In this document: positions 14,020-26,974 of the stretch, one piece after another
Position numbering within the stretch: the first letter of the stretch is position 1
Layout: each line of letters opens with the position of its first letter
Source of the DNA: Callorhinchus milii
Taxonomy: Eukaryota
Direction: 5' to 3'
Assembly (NCBI RefSeq): GCF_018977255.1
Contig: NW_024704742.1
Location: 23,004,001-23,068,000 of the forward strand
DNA length: 64,000 nt
Notes under the pieces: model-generated
What the model was told of the DNA's origin: nothing
What the model saw: the letters and a program-made list of their open reading frames with translations, nothing else
The model's database searches: none
Position numbers and translations under genes: made by a program

Positions 14020-15035
14020 ATGGTGTGGCAGGTAAACTGTGAGGTCTGTCACATGTGGGAGTCGATGGAGGGCGCCTTAAGCCCGGGCGACTTCATCTGC
14101 CGCAAGTGTCTGGAAATCAGGGAACTTCAGCTGAGAGTAGCTGAGCTGGAAGCCCTGGTGCAAACACTGCGCTCCATCAGGGACAGTGAGAGGTTCCTAG
14201 ACAGTATGGTGGAGGAGACCCTCAGTCCCCTAGGACTCAGTGATAGAAGCCCATCACTGTATAGGAACCTTGAGAGAGGGGTACTGGAGCCATCGGGAGG
14301 TCAGAGTTCAGGAACAGGACCACTCCCAGAGGAGCCCAACACACAGCCACATGCTAAAAGTGATTGAGTGACAGTGCGACAGGGAAAGAAGAGGGCTTGT
14401 GCAAGGCAGAGCACCCCCAACAGAGTACCGGTTCAAATCAGTACTCAGCATTAGCAATTGAGAGCGTGGAAACCTCCTGTGAGGACAGCAGTGAACATTC
14501 TGTCCAACAGGACAGGGACATGGATCACACGGGCAACACTGTACTGATAGGGGATTCAACAGTGTGAGCCACTGACAGGATCTTCTGTCATAAGAATCGT
14601 GAAGCTAGGATGGTTTGCTGCCTTCCTGGTGCCAGGGTAGTGGACTTTACCCAGTGTGTGGACAAGATTCTTCAGGGGGAAGGAGCATGTCCAAAAGTCG
14701 TGGTCCATGTGGGGACCCACGATATTGGGAAGACGAGGGCTGAGATACTCCAGGGCAAGTAACAAAAGTTGGGGAACAAACTCAAGGCCAGAACATCCAA
14801 GGTGGTGATCTCTGGGTTACTCCCGGTGCCTCAGGCAATGGGGCACCATAATGAAAGGATCAGGCGTATGAACGACTGGCTGAAAAAATGGTCCAGAAAA
14901 GAAGGTTTCCGTTTTGTGGACAATTGGGACCACTACTGGGGGAGGTGGGATCATTACCTTGTGGATGGGTGGCACTTGAGCAAGACAGGGGTTAGCTTCC
15001 TGGCCAAGAGATTATCGAATGCTGGGTGTGGCTAA
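14020..15035 (+). pseudogene. CR1 ORF1 (zinc finger/leucine zipper + SGNH esterase), disrupted
   Basis: CEVCHMWE...FICRKCLEIRELQLRVAELE; IGDS; VHVGTHDIG; VVISGLLP; DGWHLS. Split over ORFs 13960, 14364 and 14769 by frameshifts and stops. Confidence 0.85.
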
Positions 15036-15039
15036 TTTA

Positions 15040-16233
15040 CAACAACAACAACAACAACAAGATTCCATTTATAAAGCGCCTTTCACATCAGGAGGACGTC
15101 CCAAGGCGCTGCACAGTTGGGTCATGACCCGAGCAGGGGGGAAATGGTCAGGGTGAGGGGAGGGGAGGGAGCGAGGAGGGGGGAAATGGTCAGGGTGAGG
15201 GGAGGGATGGGAGGGAGCGAGAAGGGGGAAGATAGTCCAGAGGGGAGCTGAAGGCTCGGTCAAAGAGAAAGGTTTTGAGACCGGCCTTGAAGGAGGAAAG
15301 GGAGGAAGCTGCGAAGGCACTGGGGGATAGAGTTCCAGAGCCTCGGGGCTGAGAGGCTGAAGGCCCGACCACCAATGGTAGGGCGATTGGGGCGGGGACG
15401 TGGAGCAGACCGGAGCCGGAGGAACGGAGGGTACGGGCAGGTAGGTAGCGGGATAGTAGGTTGGAGAGGTAGGAGGGAGCAAGGCCGTGAATGGCCTTGT
15501 AGGTGAGGATGAGGATCTTGAAATCAATCCTCTGGGGGATGGGGAGCCAGTGGAGGCGAGCGAGGGTGGGAGTGATGTGGTCGCGAAGCCTGGTGCGGGA
15601 CAGTACACGAGCTGCAGAGTTCTGAATGACCTGCAGCTTGTGGAGGGAGGTGGCGGGAAGGCCGGCGAGGAGAGAGTTCCCATAGTCCAGCCTTGAGGTG
15701 ACAAAGGCGTGAACCAGGGTTTCAGCAGCGTGAGGGGTGAGGTAATGGCGTAGTCTGGCGATGTTCCGGAGGTGATGGAAGGCGGTGCCAGTTGTGGTGC
15801 GGATGTGAGGGAGAAAGGACAGCTCAGGGTCGAACAAAACACCGAGGTTCCTGACTGGCTTTGAGAGGTGGAGAGTGCAGCCTTGGATGCTGATGGTGTC
15901 GGCGCCTGAGGTGCGGAGGCGCTGACGTGAGCCAATCAGGAGGGCCTTGGTTTTTTGCACGTTGAGCTGAAGAAAGTTGTCTCTCGTCCAGGACTCGATG
16001 TCGGACAGGCAGCTGTCAGGACATCGGTGGTCGTGGAGTTGAGGGTAGAGGAGGAAAGGTAGAGTTGGGTGTCATCCGCATACATGTGGAAGTTAACTCC
16101 ATGTCTGCGGATGATGTCACCGAGGGGGAGCATATAGAGGGTGAAGAGGAGGGGACCGAGGACAGAGCCCTGAGGGACTCCACATGAGACAGTACGGGGG
16201 GTGGAGGAGAAGCCATTCGTCGAGACAAAGTGA
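15040..16233 (-). mobile_element. 5'-truncated L2-clade LINE nested in the CR1
   Basis: [43 protein letters not shown] on the minus strand; (TTG)n tail; L2-type 3' end gggacgtcctcctgatgtgaaaggcgc. Confidence 0.93.
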
Positions 16234-18672
16234 CTAAACTAGTGGCTAGGGGGGATGGGTATCCCAGGATAAACAATAGATTAGGGAATAGAGGAAAAAG
16301 ACAAGTGGGAAATATAGAGCAGGTACATGTGGACAATTTCCTCAAATGCATGTACCTAAATGCACGTAGCTTAGGGAATAAGGTTGATGAGCTGCAGGTT
16401 CAACTGGCCGTAGGGGGTTATGATGTTGTAGCAGTAACTGAGACATGGCTCAAGCCAGGACAGGAATGGGAGATAAATATTCCAGGGTATAATGTGTTCA
16501 GGAAGGATAGAGAAGGAAGAAAGGGTGGAGGGGTGGCAATATTAGTTAAAGATACAATTGTATCTGTAGAAAGGGACGAGACTCTAGAGGGCCGGACAAC
16601 AGAATCGATCTGGTTAGACGTCAGAAATAGGAAAGGAGTGGTGACACTGATAGGGGTTTACTATAGACCACCAGATAGCGGGAAGGAGATAGAAGAGCAG
16701 ATCTGCAACCAGATCACGGACAGATGTAGGGCGAACAGAGTTGTCATAATGGGGGATTTCAATTATCCCAATATAGATTGGCAAAATAGCAATGTTAAGG
16801 GCAAGGCAGGAGAAAGATTCATCAACTGTGTACAGGAAAATTTTCTTGAGCAGTATGTCTCCAGTCTTACAAGGAAGCAAGCATTACTGGATCTTGTCCT
16901 AGCGAATGAAGTAGGTCAGGTTGAACAAGTTTCGGTAGGGGAGCATCTAGGTAACAGTGACCATAATATTATTAAATTTAGATTACTCATGAACAAGGAC
17001 GAAGTACAGTCAAGGGTGAAAATGCTTGACTGGAAAAGAGCTAATTTTGATGGGCTATAGAGGGACCTAGAGTTGGTGGACTGGCAAGTAAGAATGGCAG
17101 GTGAAACGACTCATGAGCAATGGGAAATCTTCAAAGATACGATAGCTCAGGTCTAAATAGATATATTCCCACAAAAGGGAAATGTGCGAGAACCAAGCCT
17201 GCTTGGATGACCAGGGATATTCTGTCTAGGATGAAAAAGAAGAAGATGGCGTACGACAATTGGCGGATGCAAGACACTGAGGATAGCAAAGCGCATTATA
17301 GAGAATGCAGGAGTGATCTTAAAAGAGCGATAAGACAGGCTAAAAGATCGCATGAGAAGAGGTTAGCGGGTAACATAAAGGGGAATCCTAAAATATTTTA
17401 CAAGCACATAAAGGAAAAAAGGTTAGTTAAAGGTAGGGTGGGGCCAATCAAAGACAATGACGGCAATCTTGTTGTGGAGGCAGAGGACTGATGTACTAAA
17501 CGAGTACTTTGCATCTGTCTTCACACCGGAAACGGATGCCCCAAATGCCACAGTATTGGATGACTTAGAGGCATAGATCAGATTACTATAGACAGAGAGG
17601 AAGTTCTGAAAAGATTGACTGGGCTCAAAATTGATAAGTCACCAGGACCAGATGGGTTTCACCCAAGGTTGCTGTGGGAGATATGGGTTCAAATAGCGGA
17701 GGCTTTGGCCATTATATTTCAATCGTCATTGGACACAGGAGTGGTGCCAAGAGACTGGAGAGTAGCTAATGTTACCCCACTCTACAAAAAGGGGCAGAAA
17801 GACAAGTCCGGAAATTACAGGCCAGTCAGCCTAACTTCGGTAATAGGAAAGCTACTGGAGACCGTAAACCCGCACAAAATAAATCTCTACTTAGAGGAAC
17901 ACGAGGTAATTAACGACAGCCAACATGGATTTGTTAAAGGCAAATCTTGCCTAACAAATCTAATAGAATTTTTTGAAGAGGTGACTGTGAGGGTTGATGA
18001 GGGAAATGCGGTGGACATTATTTACATGGATTTTAAAAAGGCTTTTGACACAGTAAAGCATAAGAGGTTAATAAAAATATTGGAGGCCCACGGTATTAAG
18101 GGGACAGTAGCCATTTGGATTAGGAACTGGCTGAGTGACAGAATGCAGAGGGTGGTGGTTAATGGGTGTTTCTCGCAATGGAAGGAGGTGTGCAGCGGTG
18201 TCCCCCAGGGATCGGTATTGGGACCACTGCTCTTTAGCTCAGGAAGGATATTAAGGCACTGGAAAGGGTGCAGAGGAGATTCACGAGAATGATACCAGGA
18301 ATGGGGAAGCTTAGCTATGAGGACAGGCTGAAAAAGTTAGGACTTTTCCCATTAGAGCAGAGAAGGTTACGCGGGGACCTGATAGAGGTCTTCAAGATCA
18401 TGAAAGGTTTCGACAGGCTCTATAAGGAAAAGCTGTTTCCGCTGGTAAGTGTGTCTGTGACTCGTGGTCACAGTCTTAAGATATCTACCAAAAGAAGCAG
18501 AGGGAAGGTTAGAAGAAATTGTTTCACTCAGCGAGTTGTTCGAATTTGGAATGATCTGCCTGAAAGGGTAGCGAAGTCCGATTCGATAACAGCTTTTAAG
18601 AGAGAACTGGATAGGTATCTGGGGAAGACGGGTTTGCAGGGTTATGGGGAGAAAGCTGGTGAGTGGGGTTAA
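16234..18672 (+). pseudogene. CR1 ORF2 (APE endonuclease + reverse transcriptase), frameshifted, with an internal deletion
   Basis: YLNARS, VTETWL, GVYYRPP, MGDFN, SDH (APE); [39 protein letters not shown] (RT). It then jumps to RKDIKALERVQRR, so the FADD region is missing. Confidence 0.92.
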
Positions 18673-18943
18673 TAAAAGTCAGTTGCTCTGTCAAAGAGCC
18701 GGCACAAACTCGATGGGCCGAATGGCCTCCTTCTGTGCCGTAACATTCTATAATTCTATGATTCTATGATTTCTCTCCCAGACCATTACTGTTAAAGCAC
18801 CTTTGTCCATCTGAAAACCACTACTGATACACAACAGGAAACACAAGTAAAATATAGATGTTTCCTGAGTAATTCCAGTTTCAAAGTGGGCATTTAGTTG
18901 CTCTTCTCCCGAAGTATGGTTAATCTACAAGACTGATCCTTAC

Positions 18944-19078
18944 CGGGATAGATTAAAGCCCACGTTTTCTTCATCTCCCGCAAGGAAGGAAAGTGGTCAC
19001 AGTCTTTAAAGTAATGCTGCAGTTCACGCTTGTTGATCTCCATCCAAAATTGTCTTTTTAAGAATGCCACTTCATACT
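18944..19078 (-). CDS. IQCM: IQCM-like exon (YEVAFLKRQFWMEINKRELQHYFKDCDHFPSLREMKKTWALIYP), phase 1 to 1
   Basis: Acceptor ttctgattgcag and donor CCG|gtaagg; 135 nt. Strong motif match to the recalled IQCM block YE..FAKR..W..I...EL..FF.DCGHFP....TW.L. Confidence 0.85.
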
Positions 19079-19667
19079 CTGCAATCAGAAAGGTGTTCAT
19101 TCATGTGGCTAACATTTTGGTGAGAAGGTCTGTTTTAGCAAACGACTATGGGAACAATTCAACCAAAAAGATTTAGTGGGAAAACATTCATCATGCTGAA
19201 TAATTCAAGTCATTTAGGATTTGTGTAATCTTGAAAGCATAACTCAGTTAAAACAAATAAAAGTAAGAAACAAGAGACACTAGTAAAATGCATGACTTTC
19301 CAGTCCATAATTCAATACGTGTGAAATTTCTGAGAAAATTTATATTTAAGCCATAACCCAAGAAAGCAAACTTTGCAATCAAAATGAAAGCTTTCTCGGG
19401 CAGAAACTATAGTCTTCTGCTTGTTCAACTGGAGAAGTTTCCAAAACACCAGAAACTCTCAACGATGGCGAAAATGAATCATATGAACATGAGAGAATCC
19501 ATGGAGAAATTGCCAATGCTCAGGAGGAGATGTACTTGACCTGCAGCTGAAATCAAAGCCGTGAAGGCTGAAAAGCATGGAAAAGAAAATGAAGAATTCA
19601 AAAAGGGAAATCACTATAAAACTGGCCTGTGTTGGTTAAAGGAAATGTCCAATACAAGTATTAACAA

Positions 19668-20002
19668 TAATATTATAATAATCCTTGCATTTGACATAGC
19701 GCTTTATCACGTCTTTGAGGCATCTCAAAGCGCTTCACTGTAAAGTGAACTCACTGTAAATTTTGTGGGCGAAATGCAGCAGCCAATTTCGCACAGCAGT
19801 GACCCACAAACAGTTGTGGATTGAGTGACCGATTTATTATTTTTTTATAGGGAACTATTATCCCCGGAAAAGCGAGCCGCCAATCGACAAACAGCCAGTT
19901 TCCTGCTTACTGTTAGGTAATAGAGGCATGTGGAGTAAGGAAACTTGGCCAAAGTTTCGCCCTGCCGGGAATCGAACCCAGGTCTCTCACTTGCAAGGCG
20001 AG
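19668..20002 (-). mobile_element. SINE (long subfamily), 5' of head truncated
   Basis: Homology to 49318-49687. Confidence 0.85.
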
Positions 20003-20195
20003 ATGCATGCATGCAGCAGCCAATTTCGTGAACCGTGAATCGAGACTGATGAATCAATTGACAGCAGTATTTAAAATTATGCAAGTTTTGAAAAGTAAAA
20101 AGGGGAAGTAATTTCTAGTGGTCCATGAGTTGGTAACCAAAGGGCATAAATTTAACATCTTTGGCAAAAAAAACAAAGGGAGATGTAAGGAGATA

Positions 20196-20243
20196 TTTTC
20201 TCTCTCTTTTTCTCTCTCTCTCTCCCTCTCACACACGCACACA
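20196..20243. repeat. (TC)n(CA)n microsatellite
   Basis: Directly visible. Confidence 0.85.
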
Positions 20244-20924
20244 GGGATATTAAGACATGGATGGAAAGAAATTCCACCTGGATCTAGATTTATTTGTTAT
20301 TTTGGAGCATCCAGATTTTAGCAATTTCTTAAATATAATCTCTGACATATTGTGAAGCTAGTTTTCTGTAAAATAAAAATCCTATTGTATCTACTAAATT
20401 GAGAATTGTTACTCGAATCTATGGACAATTGAGAATTATTAACTGAATATATGGACATTTTTCTTCCATTCGGCTCTAACCTCTCAGCACATTTCAATTC
20501 TCTCTACTGCTGCCTTGAGTCCTCAGAATTGTACATTAAAGCCATTGCTTTCACAGCCAGAATCGAGCATCTGTTCTATCTGTCTGCTCACATTTGCCAT
20601 TACCTTTTATCCTGTTTTTCTGAAGATTTTGCTCGATTACCTTTTTGGTTCAGGGAATGTCAATGCAGAGTTTTCTTCTAAGAAACTGAATGGTCGAGGA
20701 GGAGTGGATGGAAGGCTTGGCTTTGCTTCTATTGTATCTTAAATACAGATCCTGCATTATAGGAACTATTCTGTAGGCTATTCAGCCCCTCAAGCCTTTT
20801 CCACCATTCTTAGATCTGTACCTCAACTCTACCCAGTTTTCCTCCATGTACCTTGAAACCCTTGACTAACAAATATCTATTGATCACAGTCGTGAAAATT
20901 CCAATTGACCCAGCATCCATATAA

Positions 20925-21240
20925 AAAAATAATCCTTGCATTTCATATAGCGCTGTTCACATCTTCTAGACATCTCAAAGTGCTTCATAGAATATTTTGT
21001 AAAGTGAATTGACTGTATATTTGTGGACGAAATGTGGCAACCAATTGCGCACAGCAGTGTCCCACACAGTGGTGGATTAAAGTGACCAAATCATTATTTA
21101 TCTATTTATTTTTTCCTGAGGGATTATTATCAGGCGTGTGGAGTAAGGAAATTTGCCTAAGGCTTTGCCCTGCAGGGAAACAAACCCAGATCTTTCGCTT
21201 GTAAGGCGAGTGCTCTAACCACTGAGCTGCAGGACTCCAC
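20925..21240 (-). mobile_element. Full-length SINE (short form) inserted in a CR1 3' fragment (about 20760-21745, -)
   Basis: SINE head ends caggactcc at about 21238; the flanks are CR1 3' UTR and ORF2 C-terminal sequence. Confidence 0.82.
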
Positions 21241-22074
21241 CATAAGCACTCTTTAGGGAGAGAGTTCCTGATTTCCATAACCCTTGTTGTGAAAAAAATG
21301 CTTCCCTGTTTCACTTGTAACTGGTCTAGCTCTCATTTTAGGATTATGCCCACTTGTTCTGCATTCCCTCACCAAAGCAAGTCATTTCTCTGAATCTGCC
21401 CTATCAAGTTTATCAATTTAAACACCTTGATTAGATCACCCCTCAACAACAACAACAACAACAAGATTTCATTTATAGAGGGCTTTTCATTTATAGAGCC
21501 CCTCAACCATTCCCTTCCAGGGAGTGTAAACCAAGTTTGTACTCCTGTGAAGCACTTTGAGACGTCTCAACAACGTGATAAAGCACTAAATTAAAAGCAA
21601 AGATTATTATTATTGTTACCTATCCTCATAATTTAATCCTTTCAGTCCTGGTATCATTCTGGTGAATCTACGCTGTAACCCCTCCAAGTCCAATATATCT
21701 TTCCTGAGGTGCGGTGCTAAAAACTGAACACAGTATTCTAGATAATCTCCTCATAGTGTGCAAGTGCAGTGGTTAGGGGCACTTACTGCATATACTTCAC
21801 AGTGCACAAGTGTCCAGGGTCCACAGTACAACCAAGATATAGCCTGTATATTTGTCTTTCGAACCATCGCCTTTTATAGTTTGGTTCCACAAAGCATTCA
21901 TAATTCTAGATTACTACATTTTACATGAATATTACAACAGAATAGTATTAATGTACTTTGAGAACAAGATAATAAAAGTTTCAAATGGTAGTGAACCATG
22001 TTTGATCTCAAGCTAACGACGCCAACAGAAGTACAAATCTCATCTTGCTCATGTAAGTAATGATAAATCCTTAC

Positions 22075-22219
22075 TTGACTTTGAATCAAGCCATTCTTCC
22101 AATTCTGAGTATACTAATGGTATAGGACACCAGGGAGCACCATAGCGTCTGCGAATGCGTGACATCATTTGCCGATAAGCTGTCACCACTGTTATCAGAG
22201 ATCTTCCGTGTTTTGACGC
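22075..22219 (-). CDS. IQCM: IQCM-like exon (ASKHGRSLITVV...SELEEWLDSKS), phase 0 to 1
   Basis: Acceptor caattgcag and donor CAA|gtaagg; 145 nt. The HG...RIRRRYG...ELEEWLD pattern matches my recollection of IQCM. Confidence 0.85.
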
Positions 22220-23141
22220 CTGCAATTGAAGAGACATGTAGATCAACTCTACACTAATAGCCCCTTGGTCAGCCATGGAACATAATTGAAATACATTTGA
22301 GTACTGACCATAAAGTCAATCACGCACATTAAGGAGAGAGGGAGAAATTAAAGCGTGCATTCACCAATGCTAATATCACAAGTTGCATTTCCACTCCTCT
22401 CCCCACCTTATAAACTGCAATACCTATTAAAATATAAAGCATTGATAATCACTCCATTATTGTCTTGTATGTTCAAAGATTATATGTCCTCTTCATGCTA
22501 TACATATGAAATTAATATTTAACTTATTTTTAGAAACGGTAATAAGATTATGATGGAAAGTGTAATCATGAAAAAATGTATTCATGACCAAATTCTTCCC
22601 ACTCCACTCTTATTCACCTACAAGTCCTAATGGCTAGAGTAGTCCCAGTTGGACCAGCAATGGGAAGTTTGCCAGTTTATATCACAATGGCAAGTTGGTT
22701 TTACTTGGTTAAACTCCAACAGTATTCGAACACACACACACTCAGTTCCACTGACACTGGTATCTCTCCACTACCTGAACCAAATAGTCACACATTATTA
22801 ATGTGTGTAGACAAGTATCGTGATCAGAAAGTTTGGAAGAAAGCCCATTTTTTCCCTCTTTCCCTGCCCTGATTCATGGAGGCCTCTTGTAGCTCATGGC
22901 CTTAGCCTTTAAATGTAACCTTTAGCCTTAAAATTTATAATCATGCAGAACTTTGATTCAATTCATTTATTTTTGTTAAACGGCTCCCGAAATAAAAACT
23001 GAATTTAAGAATCTCCCAAAATATTTCTGATACTTAAATCTTAAGACTGTGGGCTGAGAGCTAAGCACATATGAAATTCCAGCCTCTGTATCACCAAAAT
23101 GCCAATAGCAAGAGAGCCTGTTGAGAAGATAAAACACTTAC

Positions 23142-23331
23142 TTTGATTTTAATCCTATTGATCATCATCCTTACAAGCCAGGCTCGGGTATACCTCTGAA
23201 TGCAGATAGCGGCCTTTATTTGTTGTTTCCTGTTTGATTTTTTCTTCACCAAACGAAAAGCACGAACAAGTTCCCAGTGTGGTTCGATATTCTTTAGTTT
23301 TGCAGTTTGCTTTGTTTGGATTTTCATCATC
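23142..23331 (-). CDS. IQCM: IQ-motif exon (AAICIQRYTRAWLVR), phase 2 to 0
   Basis: IQxxxRxWxxR calmodulin-binding IQ motif. Acceptor ttttgaattcag and donor AAA|gtaagt; 190 nt. Confidence 0.85.
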
Positions 23332-23820
23332 CTGAATTCAAAAATAAAACTCAGAAGAATATTTCAAGTAACAGGGCCAATGCTCAATTTGTAGGGATTT
23401 TGGTCTTAGCTCTGGGCAGGTGGCAATGCTGGTAGTATCCAATCAGAGTTGCTTGCATGCCACCTAACATGGAAATTCCTGTGTTTGGAATGGAATGCAC
23501 ACTGTCTTCCTGGAAGAACAACTCCGAATTCTGGAGGATATCAGGTGCGGGTTGGCAAAAGTCAATGCTTGGGGACTGCAGAGTGTGTGTTGGGGTTTTG
23601 TGGAGTTTTAACCAGCTAAAACTCATAGCTTGCCATTGAAAGCACCACCTGGAAAGCTTTCCTCCTGCTTGTCCAGCTAGGACCATCCTACTTGTTAGGG
23701 CTTTGGTTAACAACAGTGGGAAGAATCTTTGCCCCCATGGATCTGGCTTAAAATGCAGTGCAACATCATTCATAGCAGTAGTAATAGAGAAGGGATTTAT
23801 ATGTCCTACTTTTTACCTAC

Positions 23821-23967
23821 CTTTTAGAAAATAATGAATGTTTTCTTTTCCTATCAATGTCTTCTCGTATCTTTGATGACCTTTGAAGCCGGTAAAATTG
23901 CTTTACTTCAGGACCAACTGCTCGATTGTAAATGGAGCTCAGCTTTCTCTTTAAGTTTTGGTGTGTC
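23821..23967 (-). CDS. IQCM: IQCM-like exon (THQNLKRKLSSIYNRAVGPEVKQFYRLQ...HSLFSK), phase 2 to 2
   Basis: Acceptor tgtctcaaatag and donor AAG|gtaggt; 147 nt open. Not in the ORF track; found by manual translation. Confidence 0.75.
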
Positions 23968-25477
23968 CTATTTGAGACAATGTGAAAAAGCAAAGAATAT
24001 CAAATAAAAATACAGTACTGTTATCTTAGAAAAATAGAATTTCCAAGATTATAGCTTTCATAAAATATTTTTGTTGCATGGAATGTTTTAGGATAAAACA
24101 CTGGAAGTTTGTTCTTTGCTGTTATTATTATGAATTTAATGCAACATTGTAACAACAGTAATAATTGCTTTTGGTATAGAGCTTTTCACGTTGGGAGATT
24201 ATCTTAAAGCGATAACTGTAAACTGCAGTGAATATACAATTTGTTGGAGAAAGCAGGGTTATATGCAGTCACACAGAACGAGTGGACATTTGTTGGGAAA
24301 CTAATATTAAAAGGTACGTGGAATGAGACTAGAAAAATTGACTTTTAAGGGAGGAAGCACCAATGCAGACAAGATAAACAGGCATGGCCTCTTTTGGTAC
24401 TAAAAAATGAATAAACCTTCAGTGGATTCATTGTTAAGAAAAGTTCTAATTTATTGTGTGTATAGTGCTTGATATTTGGTATAGCACCTTGCCGTATCAT
24501 TAAGCACCTCAAAGGGCTTCACAGAATTTTACTGTGTTCAGAAGTTTAGAAGCTCCACAGCCTCTTTTGACCATGATAATATACTGCCTATAGACAGATG
24601 GACAGATAGTTGGACAGATGGCTGAAGGTGTACTTTGCACAAGTGAAAGACGCTTTGGAATTCAGTTACAGAAATGCAGTCTAGTTATTCTAGGGCACAT
24701 TTCCTCATGGAAACATTACAAACATTGCCTGTCTTTAAATTACTTCTGGAACGTAGCGTGGGAGCATCCAATCTTTGCCAAGGAGAAAACCTAGCCAATA
24801 ATGCTTGCTTGAATTTATGCCCCACTGATCTGATCTTTCTTTTATGCTATGTAAATTCAAACAAACCTAACTCAGGAAGCTGTGGCTTTGGACAGTTTGC
24901 AGCCATGTCAAATCGTCCCTGGTGACACAGAGAAGTATAGCAAGGGACATACATTTATGACATTTAAATAATTACTAACTCACAACATTCATCAGCATTT
25001 TTTTTGTGAGACTTAAAAAAAATTAGAAAATGGATTCAAATGTTTTGAAGATGCAAGATGTGGAGGGTAATTGAACAGAAACACACAGAAGCAAAAGTGT
25101 TGTGAACTTGATTTATAGTTCAATTTACAATCCTTGGGTTCTGGGTTCAACTGTCCAAAATGTTAGTTGCATTCCGCTACCCCACCATATTCATTATCCA
25201 TTTGGGAATAAAATTGGCTGATATGATTAAGTATAAATACAGATAAATGCAAGGTACTACGTATAGGAAATAAGACTAGGAATCACAAATGTACTTCATG
25301 GATGGGATAGAACTTGCCAAGGAGGAAGCTGAAAAAGATCTAGGGCTGTTAATTAACTCATCGCTAACCATGTCAAAACAGCGTGTGGCAGCAATAAACA
25401 AGGCAAACAGGTTGCTGAGCTATATTGCCAAGTCAATTGAGTTCAGATCCTTCAATATCATATTCAAGCTATATATT

Positions 25478-25843
25478 AATAATAATACTTCTTGCATTTG
25501 ATATAATGCCTTATCATGTCTTCGAGGCATCTCATATTGCTTCACAAAATATACTGTAAAGTGAATTGACTGTATGTTTTGTGAGCAAAATGCGGCAGCC
25601 AATTGCACACACCAATGTCCTACAAACAGTCGTGGATTGAGTGACCAATTTTTTTTTAAAAAAGCCATTATTATTTCTGGAAAGCAATCCGTCAATCGAC
25701 TAACAACCGGGTTCTTACTTACTGCTAGGTAAACAGAGGCATGTGGAGTAAGAAAATTTGCCCAACGTTTCACCTGCCGGGAATCAAACCCAGGTCTCTC
25801 ACTTGTGAGGCGAGTGCTCTAACCAGTGAGCTACAATGCTCCG
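25478..25843 (-). mobile_element. Full-length SINE (long subfamily) inserted in a CR1 RT fragment (about 25210-25990, +)
   Basis: SINE head, core and tail present. The flanks read KDLG...KANRLL.YI...KLY on the left and ggtcaggctgcacctagagtac on the right, which is contiguous CR1 ORF2. Confidence 0.88.
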
Positions 25844-26974
25844 GTCAGGCTGCACCTAGAGTACCATATACATTTCTGGTCACTGTGTCATAGGGAGCTG
25901 CCCAGGCCCGAGAGAGAGTGCAGAGGAGACCAACAATTATCCCCACTGCTTGTCAGAGGAAACTAAAAAAATCAGGTCTTTTGCTTCTGCAAGAAATTTT
26001 TAATTAAAGCAGACTGCAGTCGCCATGACGTAAACTCTAGATTAGATATCCATAAGAGGAACACATAAAAGTGGGAAAATCTCAACAGTGGCTTAATGCA
26101 TCTTGAAAAAATGTTACTGAAGCCCCCCCCAAATTAAAACGTTAATTATCACATTATTAGTTCATTGATTTGCAATAATTATAATTCTTGCATCAGATAT
26201 AGCATTTATAATGTTCAGAAAGTCTCAAAGTACTTCAGAAAGTTGCTATGGAGTTTAGTGACTATTTTGTAGGGGAACCCATAGATCCCAAATATCAGCT
26301 GAATAAATAGCTGAAATGTAAAAGGGATGTACAAAAGCCCCATAGGAGTGTAAACAAAAGCAAGCTCGGGCAAGAGAAAGTCAGACTTTGACCACAGAAA
26401 GGTATTTGGCCCCAAAGGCACAGGTGCTTGTGTTGTTGAAGGCAAGACAGCAGTCTTTCCATTGTCTGTAATATCATCCCTTTTCCCCACTATTTAAATT
26501 GATTTAATCAATATTGGATAACTAGACTTGCTGGATCATGCAATAGATAATGGGATTTCTCTGTGTATAATTTATCCAAATCTCTCCATCCTGCCAGCAA
26601 GGTCAAATTCATAAGACATATTACCACATTCTGGTTGTCTCTGGCTGCAACTGTTGTTACGCTACATGATAGTCTAAAAACAACACCCACCAGTTTCTCG
26701 TAGGCTTGAGTGTCCAAGACAAATTTGCTCATGATAAAGTATTACAAATTTGGTACTTTCACTTAGAGAAGGGTGGTGTAGAAAATGGAAGCAAATGCAA
26801 CTGTGTAAAAGAATTATGCTTATTTAGTGCAACACTCTTAGGGAAGAGCAGAGTTTTTTTACTTTGCATTGTGTCCCATACTCTACCTGGAAATGGATGT
26901 ACTCAATATTCTCACTAGGTGCATAAAGGTGATGGATGCATGCATTCCTCAGCATGCATTTAGCTAAAAGATGC

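Larger units (their letters stand above)
13878..18770 (+). mobile_element. Near-full-length CR1-clade LINE, inactivated, interrupted by an L2
   Basis: G-rich 5' UTR; ORF1 with CxxC...CxxC, coiled coil and SGNH esterase motifs; ORF2 with APE endonuclease and RT; 3' (ATTCTATG)n tail at about 18745-18770. The 5' boundary is approximate. Confidence 0.93.

Noticed and set aside
15069..15935. 288-aa and 248-aa (36176..36922) Ser/Pro-rich ORFs
   Set aside because: Alternative frames of C-rich L2 ORF2 sequence.
19383..19640. Purine-rich, coding-like plus-strand stretch
   Set aside because: Only short frames, with no homology or splice support.
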